Assembly: GCA_040954595.2 (NCBI GenBank)
Contig: CM082595.2
Coordinates: 8,290,317 to 8,354,316, forward strand
Source of the DNA: Balanoglossus misakiensis
Taxonomy: Eukaryota > Animalia > Hemichordata
Direction: 5' to 3'
Length of the DNA: 64,000 bases
The notes under the pieces were generated by a model, which was not told the DNA's origin, searched no databases, and saw only the letters and a list, made by a program, of their open reading frames with translations. A program made the translations under genes and the position numbers. Shown piece by piece: positions 1 to 13,344 of this stretch. The first letter of the stretch is position 1, and every line of letters starts with the position of its first letter.

Positions 1-160
1 CTTGATTTTTATGAACAGTTTGGGAAAGTTGAGAATATTATCTCAGAAGGAAAAACTATCTACTTTCTCACCTTGAATAAAGTTGATATTTCACCAAAAA
101 TTACAGTGAAGCAAGAATTTTGTTCAGAATTTTTGATGAGGAAACTTCTCAATTGTCAAC

Positions 161-248
161 ATACATACATACATACATACATACATACATACATGCATAC
201 ATACATACATACATACATACATACATACATACATACATACATACATAC
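161..248. repeat. (CATA)n microsatellite
   Basis: About 22 tandem ACAT units, directly visible. Confidence 0.95.
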
Positions 249-797
249 AATTTAAAATAATTTAGGGAGTGATTAAGACTTCAACTTGGACTCTATTGAT
301 AATAATATAACACTTTGTAATAAATGCCATCGGTGCTTAAATCTTCAATATTAAATCAAGTCAATCAATGTGCACAAACATTACACACACACTCATTAAT
401 ACATAGAGACAGACACATACACACACACACACACATACACACACACACACAGTTCCTATTTTGCTTTAATTTTTTTGTTTGAAACTTTCATATCAACTGA
501 AGAGTTGTTGACGTTTGACCTTGGATGTACTGAGGTCACCATGCACACTAACATTTGTCTGTGTCATAATCACAGACTGAAGCAAAGTAAAATAAATCAC
601 AGCAGCTGTACTGATGTTAACATTGCATTGTTTAATATTCAAGATCAAGTTAAAGTGCATTTATTTATTGGAAGAATCCAGTTATGGCAACTTGATCCTA
701 GGCGATGTAACTATCCGCCCCACACACAAGTTGAATCATGTATGATATATGTTTCAAACAGCGCGGCATAAGGCCAGAGTTAGCCTCAAGTTGTGAT

Positions 798-800
<3 letters not shown>

Positions 801-858
<58 letters not shown>
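801..858. repeat. (AT)n microsatellite
   Basis: Perfect AT dinucleotide run. Confidence 0.95.
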
Positions 859-860
<2 letters not shown>

Positions 861-1766
861 ATGGCATATGTTACATCATGAATCAAAAATCAAGCAAGTT
901 AAGTTGAGTACGAGATACTGACAAGAACGTCTCAGTCAACCTATTGCATGCAGCACATTGTCAACATCGCGTCGATCGTGTTTGGCATGATCATGATGAC
1001 GCTTGACGTGCAAGGCGACTCAATAGATTGCCACATCACAAACCAGTACAAATTGTGCATCGTGTGGTCATGTTACGTGTACGACAAATCTAACGGTTAT
1101 GAGAAGGAGGTAAAATCTCAACTTACCAACACTCAGTCAGTCTGATAAGATACGATGCAGCATGTAAGGCAGAATCCGACGAAAAGTCCTGGTACTAGGT
1201 CAAGCTAGTAAAAGAACGCCATATTCTCTGTACCGATACACCGCCCTCTCTGGACAGTCTCCGTACCAATACACCCGCCCTCTTTAGACAAATTTATCTC
1301 GAGATCTCGAGATAAAAAAATAAAAAGTCAGGAAAACGAATGGAATTATCTCGAGATCTCGAGATAATTTTTTATTTATTGCGTATGTACATGTCCCCAA
1401 CTGGCTTTCATATAAAACCACTGCATCAGGTGAATCTCAATTTTTAAGAGCGATACTTCAAACATGCGATAGGGTAAGTGCGCGAGTCGAAGAGTTCCTG
1501 CCCAGCTACCATGTGGGCAGTGGTGAGGCTTATCCCTGGGGAGGCAGCTGACGTAAGGTCGCGTGTTGATGACATGACCCAAGGTCATCTATCATCCACC
1601 GAGAGCGCATGTGCAGCTACAGTGTACATACGGAGAAAGTACGGTGTTTTGGTGTGGGAGGCACATATAATTAGATTTTTTACTACACTTCGTGAAAATT
1701 AACTCAGGAAAGTAAATATAACAGTTTGCCTTTGTATCAATTACGGTACTGTGACAGGAGTGTCTG

Positions 1767-3473
1767 GCATGCTCCGATAGAAATTATGGAATGTTTGGTT
1801 AAAGTAACTGGATTACAACTTGATATAGGTAAGGCTGCATTCACAAACACCTCTGGAGGGGGGGGGGGGGCAGGGGAATTGAGGGGGGGGGGGATTTGAA
1901 AAAATTGAGGGTATGTAAGGGGGGGATTTGAAATAATTTAGGGACTGAAAGGGGGGGACTTGAAAACTTTGACGACTAAATATTTATTTTGAGTCCACAA
2001 AAATGCAGTTTCGCGCCCTTTATTTTACAACATTTTCTAATGGGGGAGGGGGACACCCCCTCCCACACCCACCCCCTCCATTCATCAACACCTTTCAATC
2101 ATTGATTGGTTTATCTAGTGTCCCAGGTCAGGGGACTTGCCCCAACCCCATGATAACTTTGAGCGGCGACGGTTAAATTTGTCCTCCCCAACATACCAGT
2201 AGTTGAGTTAATTTGCTTTTGCCGGGTTCATTAAAATTCAGCTTTGAGCTCTGTATTTTATAAAATTTTCTTACGTGGGAGGGGGACACCCCCTCCCAAA
2301 CCCATCCCCTTCAATTCTCGGTTTACAATGTCTCCCAACACAGAGTACAAATACTTAAAAAATAAAAGCAATGTTCAGTGAAGGGGTACATCAGTTTCGA
2401 ATTCTTTTCATGGGATAGATACTAGGTGATGTGTTTTGCTCTGTGAAAGAAAATGGGGGGGGGGATTTCAAAATTTTGGCAGTTCGGAAGGGGGGGATTT
2501 GAAAATATTTCGGTTGTGTACGGGGGGCATGTGAAAATTAGCGGTAAAAAATTGAATTCTCCCCCCCCCCCCATCCAGAGGTGTTTGTGAATGCAGCCTA
2601 AGTAAACTAATTTGAGTTGATGGCTGGGGAAAGTAATCATGGATGAAAATTTCAGAGCATGGTTTGATGATGACCTGCCACGTGGGTGGAAAATACTCCT
2701 GCCATGTGGGTGGAAGCATGCTCCGATAGAAATTATGGAATGTTTGGTTAAAGTAAGTGGATTACAACTTGATATAGGTAAGTAAACTAATTTGAGTTGA
2801 TAGCTGGGGAATGTAATCGTGGATGAAAATTTCAGAGCATGGTTTGATGATGACCTGCCACGTGGGTGGAAAATACTCCTGCCATGTGGGTGGAAGCATG
2901 CTCCGATAGAAATTATGGAATGATTAATTTCCCCAGCCATCAACTCAAATTAGTTGACTTACCTATACCAAGTTGTAATCCAGTTACTTTAACCAAACAT
3001 TCCATAATTTCTATCGGAGCATGCTTCCACCCACATGGCAGGAGTATTTTCCACCCACGTGGTAGGTCATCAGCAAACCATGCTCTGAAATTTTCATCGA
3101 TGATTAATTTCCCCAGCCATCAACTCAAATTAGTTTACTTACCTATATCAAGTTGTAATCCACTTACTTTAACCAAACATTCCATAATTTCTATCGGAGC
3201 ATGCTTCCACCCACATGGCAGGAGTATTTTCCACCCACGTGGCAGGTCATCATCAAACCATGCTCTGAAATTTTCATCCACGATTACTTTCCCCAGCTAT
3301 CAACTCAAATTAGTTTACTTACCTATATCAAGTTGTAATCCAGTTACTTTAACCAAACATTCCATAATTTTTATCGGAGCATGCTTCCACCCACATGGCA
3401 GGAGTATTTTCCACCCACGTGGTAGGTCATCATCAAACCATGCTCTGAAATTTTCATCCATGATTACTTTCTC
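1767..3473. repeat. 180-bp tandem satellite array with an internal inversion
   Basis: Monomer (…ccccagccatcaactcaaattag…ggagcatgcttccacccac…) repeats with period 180 at 2922-3473 (~3 copies). It occurs in reverse complement at 1767-1832 and 2602-2921. Confidence 0.9.
1833..2598. mobile_element. MITE, PIF/Harbinger- or Zator-like
   Basis: 25-bp TIRs ggctgcattcacaaacacctctgga / tccagaggtgtttgtgaatgcagcc and a TAA duplication at 1830-1832 / 2599-2601. It interrupts a satellite monomer whose uninterrupted form lies nearby. Confidence 0.85.
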
Positions 3474-4205
3474 CTATAAAAATCAAAGATAAAGTTGCAA
3501 CTCACGGGGCTTTAATTGATAGAAAGATCAGAAGTTTTAAATAAATAAAAAAACTCGAGGATGGGAACGGAACAATTACAATTTGAAAGTTCAACAATGC
3601 TGGTTTGGTAATTTGCTTAGCATAGCAACCAACAAGCATTTGTATGCAGACGTTACCAACAAAACGGCATTTGGATTTTCCGAAATCACCCTTGACATAT
3701 AACAAACTAGTTTTATAGTTCTACAGTATTATCGACTTCTCACCCATTATTCGATATAATGGCATATCGGCACCTACCAGCATCTTTCTTTTACAAATTT
3801 TAACTGGGGAGTTACATGGTATTGATTATCGAATAACAGCGGCTGCAGCTTGACATTACTACCATAAAATATTAGACTATTTAACAAAGACATACATGAC
3901 ACTCATTACCATTTAACATTTTACAATATGTTTTCACTTAGAAATTCAACGCTATAACAAACTCAAACCTTAGTTTCTGAATGATAATTTGTATGATGTC
4001 AAATCAGGTGTTCGTCACGATCTCTCCTATGGCATAAGACAACTAGAGAGATTGGTCAGTTATTTTGTGATCAAATGACTTGCTAGAGACCTACTTCTAC
4101 CTGTAGTAGACTCTAGACACAATCTTCATTTTTAGAACTTATTATCAATTTTCCCCATCATAGACGAAATGGCATGGTATATAGACTATAGGGACCGATC
4201 ATGGT

Positions 4206-4360
4206 GATTTTGATGATGGTAACAACAACAACAATACAACATAATACAATGCAATGCAATGTAATAATAATAACAATACAAAAACAACAACGACGACGAC
4301 AACAATAATAGTAATAATAATGATGATGATGATGATGATCATCATCATCATAATAATAAT
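4206..4360. repeat. compound trinucleotide microsatellite (AAC/AAT/GAC/GAT/CAT)
   Basis: Directly visible. Includes a (GAT)n-(CAT)n fold-back near 4320-4350. Confidence 0.85.
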
Positions 4361-7300
4361 ACCAAAGCCTCAAAAATGTTTACAGATAAAAACATAAAGT
4401 AAATACAATGACACTGCAATGAAAATATCTACCCGCAAAATAAAATCGAAATCGAACATCTTATTTTTTAAAAATTCATCACAGCAGAGTAAAAACAAAA
4501 TTATAAAAGAAAACTTGTGGAGCGTTCCCATATCACAAGTAATTTATGTAAAAATGTCTATTCTAACCTAAAACATGCGCTAAAACAAATGAAGTGGCTA
4601 GCACCCAAAAATAATAAAACATCAAAGTTTTAATCAACCATTTAAAGATTGTTAACAAAGTGTGTTTCGATGTCGTTAAACTTAGCCACAATATGAGCTG
4701 TACAAGACTTTTTTTGCATTACAAAGTACAGTAATTCATTAAAATTGTCTTTTTGCTAATTGTAGATTAAAGAGACATACTATCTAAAAAAATGTCATGC
4801 TTAAAATTCAAATAGCAGCTATATTTCGTGGTTTACGTATCTTTGTTGTAGGATCGTACATCGTAATCGTATTATGTTGGTTGGGGTATGAACAGAAACG
4901 ACTACGTTAACATTTCACATTGAGGGCGTTCTCCACATGCTACCCCCCCCCCCCTCCCTCCGCCGCTCGCTCGCTCGCTCGCTCACTTCGGACATCGTAT
5001 ACCACTGATACGATGGACCAACTGTCTTGTCATGATAAATCGTGTAAAGAACGCAGTAAACCGAATGCTACTTTATACAGTATACTATAGTATTTCGAGT
5101 CAATTTCCCGATCCAGTATGCCTCCATAGGTGCCCCAAATTGAGAAAGATCGCGCGTTTTTCCGACGTTTAGTGTGCATCACATTCACAACGATATTTTT
5201 GAAATCTAGGCTATATTTACCCAGATCGATTTTCATGAAGTAATTTCACATCTGCACGTCGTATGTTACAGTAAATAAGACGTTAGCATAGTGCGAACGT
5301 CGAAAGAAGAGTGCATGCGTTGGAATGCGGAACTACGTGACTATCTGTCACTCTCTCTTGCACTAACTGTGAAATTTCCGCAAATAATGGTTTTTAAATT
5401 CTTTAGACACAACGAAATAACATTTCCGTGTAGTAATTTTAAGAACTGGAGGCTGTATTTTGCATGAAATAGTGCGAACGCGCAGACTACGAATGCAAAT
5501 GTGATCTGCGTCCCCTGGGATCCACCACAGCTCTGCTCACATGGTAGGAAGGCAGGTTCTCTCTGACGCGCGCACATACTATCTGAAACATGCAGCACTG
5601 TTTACAAATCGGGGTCAAAGGTTATACAAGAATAACCATGTACAGTTGGTATTTTTCGGATGTACCTCTGGCCATGGCCTTGGTCTATAAATTGTTCTTG
5701 ACAACATATATTTTTAAAGATTTTGGTTTACTGAATTACATCTATAGCTTATAGTGATGGCTGTTTACCTAATAATTATTTTAACAACGCCAACTTAGCT
5801 GGCGCTGGATCGAGGGTACAGGACTATCCTAGGTCAAGGGTCAATCGTGAATGTTTTGGTCGCGAATCAGCTGATCTTTTACAACAGCGTGTTACGCCCC
5901 TTTTTTAAATTTCTCATGAGTGGAGACGTCAGTGAAAGAACATATTTCGGATAATGGAGCATTCTTGGCAGTGTTTTCAAAGGGTTTCGCAACCTTTCTA
6001 CATGGGACGCGGCGGCGCTTGGCAGAACTTTGCGAGGTGGTCGTCATCACAGGTCGCACCGTAGTTGAGAGAGAGAGCCATGACACTGACAGAGCCGGGT
6101 GAGTGATTGAGATCCTGGATCAGTTGCCGTCACTCAGATCACTAGACATTCTCTCTCATTAGGGTGTAGCTACGGTGTTGCCACGGGACCTACGACGTTT
6201 TATCGTGACGTCGGTGTTGCCCCGACCGGCCAGGGAAGTATATCAGATATGATGAGTCCGGTGATGACTTGGCTTTACGGCAGTCGCTGTGCCTGTAGAT
6301 AAAGGAAAGGAACAGTACAACGCGCCGCCAGTGTGATTAGCATCGCTTGGAGCAAGACTAGATGACAGACATCGCCAGGGTCGTTGGCAAGACCTTGGCG
6401 GGCAGAGATGTGTGACACAGGTCCTCCTACAGGTAAGCCAGTCTTAATTCTTTTACATGCTTTTCAGAGTCAGCTTTTTGAGATGGTGAGATCTCTGTCG
6501 TGTGGTTTCTCTGTGTGACCATTAGCTCTGCATACAGCCGGGAACACACAGACCTGTACGCAGAGCTATGTGACCTTCTGAGTCATATAATAATGTCACA
6601 TTTAGTACTACTATGGAAACACAGCTAGGGGGAGGGTGGAGGGGGGGGGGTTCTATGCTGGTTTCCCCCATCATAGACCCACCCGTGACCCCCACCACAA
6701 AAATCTGTAGTGAAACAACAGCCAAACCAGTGCACTATATCACAGTCCCTCTATTACATACTGTGACTGTATAAGCTAAAAAATAAGACATTCACTTTTT
6801 GAAATAAACATTTCTCTGTTAATTATCTCTGAAAGCTTGATATAGGAGAACATTTCGGTTACTTCAATGTCACCATTGTTTTCACTACTATCACGTAACA
6901 AGCAATTTAAATTACCTTCGCAAAAACAGTATGCTCTATGTTTTTTTGTTAACGCTTTGAGATGTCTGGCTCAAATCTGCGTGAATGCAAGCTGTCATAA
7001 CTTTTGTACAAAGTAGTGTCTCATTTTTTTTTAAAGCAACTAGCTTGATTTTTAAAATGAAAAAAACTTCTGATATACTAGGAATAGTAGGATTTATTCA
7101 CTGCTCCAGAAGTTTTCTGAATTACAATGCACTTAACGGGACATTAGCTGTAACTTTTGGCTTTAATTGATGTACATATATTTTTGTTCTGAGTATCAAT
7201 GGGAATTTCTTGTTCTACTCCAAACAGCATGCTAATATACCCATTTATACTTCACTTGTCAACATAGCCCGTGAATGTGTAATGTTATCATTCACATTTT

Positions 7301-7500
7301 TTTACTACTGTTACGTAAATATGCAACATGTCTAAAAAATATGTTTTTATAGAATATATTTATTTATTTAGAGTAAAATGTTTTTGGTGACATTTAAATA
7401 TTTAGTGGATGGTATTTTATACATCAATTGTGGGTTTCAACATATTGTTGGGAGTAGCACAAGAATCTTAAGTGGCCACATAGAATTAATTTTCAACCTT

Positions 7501-7677
7501 CAGTAAAACCTGTCAAAACCAAACCCTGTCTAATCTGGAAACCTGTCTATACTGAACACCTTTTCAGTACCTTCGACATAGAATCACATGTTAAAAGAAC
7601 CTTTACAAACTGGAAATGTCTGTAAACTGAACAATTTCTTCAGTGCCTTCAGTGTTCGGTTCAGACAGGTTTTACTG
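7501..7677. mobile_element. short pogo/Tigger-like MITE
   Basis: TIR cagtaaaacctgtc / gacaggttttactg followed by TA. A related end occurs at 63335-63369. Confidence 0.7.
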
Positions 7678-7682
7678 TATTT

Positions 7683-8730
7683 AATTTCTCACACTGCTGG
7701 CCGCTGGGAGTGTGGGATAGGATATCCCCGACGAGTGTGAGAAATACGATCTCAGGTCCTTGGTAGACTGTCGACAGTCCCTCGCGCCTAATGTGTATCG
7801 ATACGGCGTTTCGTGCGAGGGCCGAAGGCCCGATTCGGCGTTTCGTGGTGCGAGGGCCGTGAGGCCCGAGGGACTGTTATAGCTTGTAAGCCTTGCCTTG
7901 ATATTAATTATGCATGCAGAAAATGACGTAGTAAAATTTGCATAAGGGGGCGTAAATCAGCGGCGAAACTATCGAAACAACTAAAACTATCGATGACGGT
8001 TCCTCGGTAAATTCGCCGATTCTGTCCAAGAGAAAAGGTGCGATTTCATAAGCCAAATTTCCCACTGCCCGTTGGCGACGCAACAAAAACATCTTTGCCG
8101 TTGGTCAATGAGTTTATGACGTATATTAACTGTCAATCATTTTACAGGGGCATTTTCCCACAGTGCCCGTGTGAGGGCGAAACAAGGTATAACAGTCCCT
8201 CGGGCCACGCCCTCGGGCCTTACGGCCATCGCACCACGAAACGCCGAATCGGGCCTTAGGCCCACAAAAGATACGGGCCTTACGGCCCTCGCACGAAACG
8301 CCGAATCGATACACATTAGGCGCGAGGGACTGTCGACAGTCTAGTCCTTGGGAGTGTGAGATTCTATTATTCTCACACTCTCACTGAATCAAAAGCTGTA
8401 TATGACGCGAGCGCTGATTGGTTGACAAAGAGTTCTTTCTCTTCGCGCACTAAATGTTATCCAATGGCGTGATGTGTATTACAGGCACAGAACTATAACG
8501 TGCCCCCAGACGACAGTTCCAGAGTCATTTATTCAATGTTTTAACGAATTTGGCTAATTTGTGACCGTGTGAGAAAAATAATCTCACACACCAAGGACCT
8601 GGGATCGTATTTCTCACACTCGTCAGGGATATTTTGTCCCACACTCGCCTGCGGCTCGAGTGTGACAGAAAATCCCCAACTCGTGTGAGAAATACGATCC
8701 CAGGTCCTTGGGAGTGTGAGATTCTATTAA
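7683..8730 (-). mobile_element. non-autonomous long-hairpin element (putative Crypton-type partner), interrupted by a MITE
   Basis: ~150-nt imperfect palindrome at 8580-8725 and repeated tctcacac/gtgtgaga half-sites. Reverse-oriented relatives at ~36100-36498, ~40420-40818, ~51000-51410 and ~61825-62150. Confidence 0.65.
7764..8343. mobile_element. MITE with TAG…CTA ends, long TIRs and 8-bp TSD (hAT- or Academ-like; superfamily uncertain)
   Basis: TIR tagactgtcgacagtccctcgcgcctaatgtgtatcgat… extends imperfectly for over 100 bp. TSD gtccttgg at 7756-7763 and 8344-8351. Confidence 0.85.
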
Positions 8731-9937
8731 TCCCAAATGTCATAGCAGCTGCCCCTTTAAAACAATTTCTTTAAAAAATGTGTTTCTAATAGATTTGGTC
8801 AGGTGGAAAAGTATGTCACATACTGTTTTCACTGAACACTGATGTGGTTGCAATTTTATTGACACAAATTGAATCACACTATGCATCACATTAGACTTAG
8901 GGGTAAACCATTTTATATTTAGGAGAGTGCAGTTTAGTTTCTACTCTGCCTATTCTCTGATGTTTTTTCTTTACTATTTGGCAGAGGCAAAATGCAGACT
9001 AGTTATGGAAGTGTTCCTAAGTAACTATGCATAAATTATTTCTATTAATCTAAGCACATTATGTAAAATATAAATCAACCAGGTAGACTCATGTCTCCCC
9101 CTACAGTAATGGTGACAATTCTTTTTATAGTACCCAACTTACTCAAGTAAACACACTTAATGTTAGAAAACAGTCCTATAGATATAGCCTGGTCCCCTGT
9201 CCCATTCCTGCTGCTGGTAGTGACAGCAGGGTTAGAAAGTGGGCAGAGAACAAGAGTATCTTACAGGCCTCTTTCATGACCCCTGTGTGACCTTACATCC
9301 TGGTGATTTGTTGGTTTGACATCATTCATCATTCAATGTTAAATACAACAGCTAATCTTTCTAACACAGGCAATGTTTAACAGTTTTGTTCAAGGATGAG
9401 AAAAAATGCATTGATTTAATAGCGTGGTTGGTAAACTCGAAATTGTATACTCACACCGACAAAAAGCCAGGATGTAGAGGTCAAAAGGGGTCATAAAAGT
9501 GGCATGATATAGCACAGTTGCCAGTGGTGTAATGTTTATATAAACTGTGCAACTTCATTCATATTTCTTAGTGGCAGTAATGTTATTATAAATATAAACT
9601 GACATCTGAAATCACTTTGCGATGTCGAAATTCAGTGGGAAGAAACAAACGCCAAAAGTTACCACATTTTATACTGACACTTATTTGTTTTGTACAGTTT
9701 ACCCTATGGATCCAGCTATCATAGGAATAGGTGCAATAATTGTAGCTTTGGTGGGCTGGTTGATCGCTTATGGGCTTGATCAATCATCCCATCTAGGCTA
9801 CAATTATTGCAGATATCATAGGAAGGGCACATTGGGAACCCCCCCCCCCCCCTCACACACACACACACACACACACACAATTTGGGCGACAACACAATAT
9901 ATATATATGATGCAGTCTACAAGTTGCACCGAAATAT

Positions 9938-10620
9938 CTTTAGGTCCCATTTGTACATACTGGTGGTACCTCATGAGATCGGTTGCGTCTGTATGGATGT
10001 ATGTCCGTTCACATCAAAAACTTGAAAACCGCTGAGCATATAACCTCGATATTTGGTGTGCAGATGCAGGCAGGGCTGTAGATGGGAGTTTGTTCAAATG
10101 AAGTTGTTGGGAAAAACGTAAATTTGGCCAAAACTCAGAAACTCAACAACCACTGGTCATATTGATTTGAAAATTGGTATGCATGTACCTTATATTAACC
10201 TCACACAGTTGTGTATGTTTTGAACTAATAGTTTGAATTTTCTATAATTTATGTATTTTTTTGTCTTTTTCCACATTTTTGGTAAAAAATCTACTTTTCT
10301 GGAATTGATGACCTGACTTCTTTGAAATTTAGTATGGGGCTTCATATAGGTGATGTGAGTTATCAAAGTTTTGTTTAAATTTGCTGCAAAATTTGCAAAT
10401 TTATAATTTTGGTGCAAATTTTGCCTTTTTGATCAATTTTTTTCTGTAAAACCATTTGTCAGATTGCTTTGAAATTTGGTAGGCATAGAGATGTGTGTTT
10501 GTCAAATCAATTTGTAGAATTCAATAGTATATTTTTGGGGTGAATTTTGCCATTTTTGGTCAAAACTCTTTCTCAGAACCCTCTACCCCATTGCTTTGAA
10601 ATTTGATTTGAAGGTTCCAT
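9938..10620 (+). mobile_element. Helentron-associated (HINE/DINE-1-like) element, degenerate copy
   Basis: Its start is the reverse complement of 12960-13088 (aggtcccat…, GTAT repeats, cacatcaaaaacttgaaaacc). The right boundary is approximate. Confidence 0.55.
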
Positions 10621-11728
10621 GGTGAGTTGTCATGATGATTTACAAAACCTATGATGAAAGTGTCAATGTTTTGTGGGGGCAATGTCTTGTATTTTGGGGG
10701 TATATTTACCAATTTTGATAAAAAATTATATTTCTCAGAAAGTGTACACTGTATGGCTGATTTCTATAAATTTTAGTTGTAAGTTAATGGGATTGGCTTC
10801 TTTAGAATTATTATGAAATCATATCATAGGTAATTTGGAATTTCTACTGGGCTTGCGTTTGATATTTTATTTTTTACGCGCAGTGCACGCAAAGAGCCAA
10901 TTTTTTTTTCGTGAAATTGTACTTGAAATACGTGCAACAAAATAGCGATAGACAAGCAGGCTTTCAGATAAACATACTTGAATGAGTTCTCCCTTCATGT
11001 CTAGATGGCCCAACACAAAAAATATCATTTAGAATGTAGCGAATAAAGTACATAAACATCATGAAAGAGACTGTGTACAGTGGTCCCCCCCCCCCCCCCG
11101 ATACATATTAAGTACAGACAAGGTATGGAATTCTTGTGTTATATCATCAAGGAAAATGACCCAGAAGCCCTACTTGTTTTGTTATATCTAATGGCTTCTG
11201 TGTGCATAAATTATAGCCCGACACGTGTCAAGTTTGTGGCCTAGGTTACCGCACGTACATCATTGTGCGTCCTGCTACAGCATACAAGCGCGCGTACGCG
11301 TACATGTGTACAGGGCGCCTGACCGGCCAACCTTGACAAGGCGCTCCAGATAGCCTCGCCCGCTGTTATCTTTCAATGGATTTTTTGTGTGTGCATGTCA
11401 CGCAACTGTGACAAAATATTTGCGCGCACACATTGTAGTTTTGTGTTATTTAGTGTTATTTTAAATGGGTGTCACACCGATTTAATCAGCCTCCATTCAA
11501 AGAGTACACAACAGTCGTGTTATGCATTAGCAAAAGATGATAAACTGATGCGGATACAATCAATATAGCTTAATGGTGATGATTCTAAAGCAGAAGGCTA
11601 ATTGTCATTAGTATCATACATGCAGAGCCTGAATTTGCCACTTTCTATTGTTCTCACCAAATTTAGTGTAATAACCCATAAGTACCACCCTCTAATTTTA
11701 AAGAACACTAATTATGGAAGCCCATTAA

Positions 11729-11813
11729 CCCTTTCACAACCAAGGTTCAGTCAAAACCCATTGTTTTCTATGAAAAGGTTTGACCTGTATAGAAGGAACT
11801 TGGGGTGAAAGGG
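11729..11813. mobile_element. 85-bp piggyBac-like MITE
   Basis: TTAA|ccctttcac…gtgaaaggg|TTAA. Related copies at ~14009-14099 and ~63388-63470. Confidence 0.7.
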
Positions 11814-12607
11814 TTAAAGGGACAAAGTCGCTCTTTTTGACTTTTGACTCACTTGCTTTTATTAGAGGTTCCTACCTTTAAATGTTTCATAAAATGTTTA
11901 ATCAAATCTGTCTACAATCAGAGTAGACATTGTTTACATATACCTTTTGTTAAATGATTGTTGTTGTATTTCAGATTGTTGTCAGGAGCAGGTGAGAAAT
12001 ATGGTATGATTTCTGAAGGTCTGAGTACTGCATTGCAGTTATTTGACGATATGAAGAGTTTACGATATTCAAGGTAATTATGGTAAAATTCTGAGTTTCA
12101 AGATCATTCTCTACATATGGCCCTGACTTTTTTTGGTGGTTTATCTGTTTTTGTAAAGTTCACCATGTCAACCAGGAAATGATTCCATACAGACAGTGGA
12201 GTACAACTGAGATGTGAAGTACATTGAAACCTGCCTAGGAAGGACACCTCTGGGACCACAAAATGTGTCCTTAATAGAGAGGTGTCCTTAAAGGGACAAA
12301 TTCTCTCCCTCGCTGCCCCTTTTCCATGAATTAGGTTTGTTACAGGGCACCATTTCTGTTATTCTACATGTGGATATATAGTGAATCAATGTTTCACCAC
12401 ACACAACTTCAACCCTGCTTGTAGCCACCAGAGTGATAAAAAACACACGCCAATAATCGGTCTCTATCATTTATTCATTTTATGCGAGTTTTTATGCTCA
12501 TATCATTCAAGTGGTATGGAAATTGTGTATGGTTGAACGTTCATTAACTACATATACACATGTACATTAATATAAAATGTCTCTTGTATCAAACATAATG
12601 GAAAAAA

Positions 12608-13084
12608 TCGCGTCAAGGACACAGTGGTCCCATTGAGGGAATACACAAGAAAAAGTCTACACCGGAGTAAATGGCGATATACTGACAGACACACACACTA
12701 AATAGAACAGCTGGCCTCTTTAAAACTTAGCCAGTTATGTAATCATTCAGGAATTTCCTGTGTATATAAACAACTCAATAAAGTAAATACACACCACTTC
12801 GCAAAGCAATCTGACCAGTAGTTCTTGAGTTACTGAGTTTTGACTAAGTTCACATTTTTCCAGCTAATTTGCATATTTTTGGCAACGACAACTTCATTTG
12901 AACAAACTCCCATCTACAGCCCAGCCTGCATGTGCACACCAAATATCAAGGTGATACACACAGTGGTTTTCAAGTTTTTGATGTGGACGGACATACATCC
13001 ATACATCCATCCATACATACATACATACAGACGCAACCAATCCCATAAGGTCCCATGGTATATAGGCCTATACCAATGGGACCT
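12608..13084 (-). mobile_element. Helentron-associated non-autonomous element (HINE/DINE-1-like)
   Basis: Absent from the paralogous site at ~19222-19231 and inserted in an A/T run. Has subterminal inverted repeats ggtcccattg / caatgggacc, a terminal hairpin at 13048-13084 and a (CATM)n tract. Fragments at ~35805-36008, 40122-40328, 50708-50910 and 61519-61725. Confidence 0.7.
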
Positions 13085-13344
13085 AAAAAGGGCAGCGAGA
13101 GAGAGACTTTGTCCCTTTAACAGAAATGTGCATGTAATATTCTATTCAAACCATTACTCTTGTCTTGAACAATCTTTCCTTAATAGAGAGGTTTCACTGT
13201 ATTATCAACATTTTCAGTTTCATAATCCTTCTGGATGTCTTTGTCAGAAAATTTTGACAGCAGCCAAAAACTTTCTCTGCCATACTCACAATAAGAGAAA
13301 GCTTGCACCTGTGTTTTACTGTTAAATTACCACACCACAAAATA

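Noticed and set aside
2422-3492. 173-aa and 208-aa repetitive ORFs
   Set aside because: By-products of a 180-bp satellite read on both strands; no domain signal, and one runs into a MITE.
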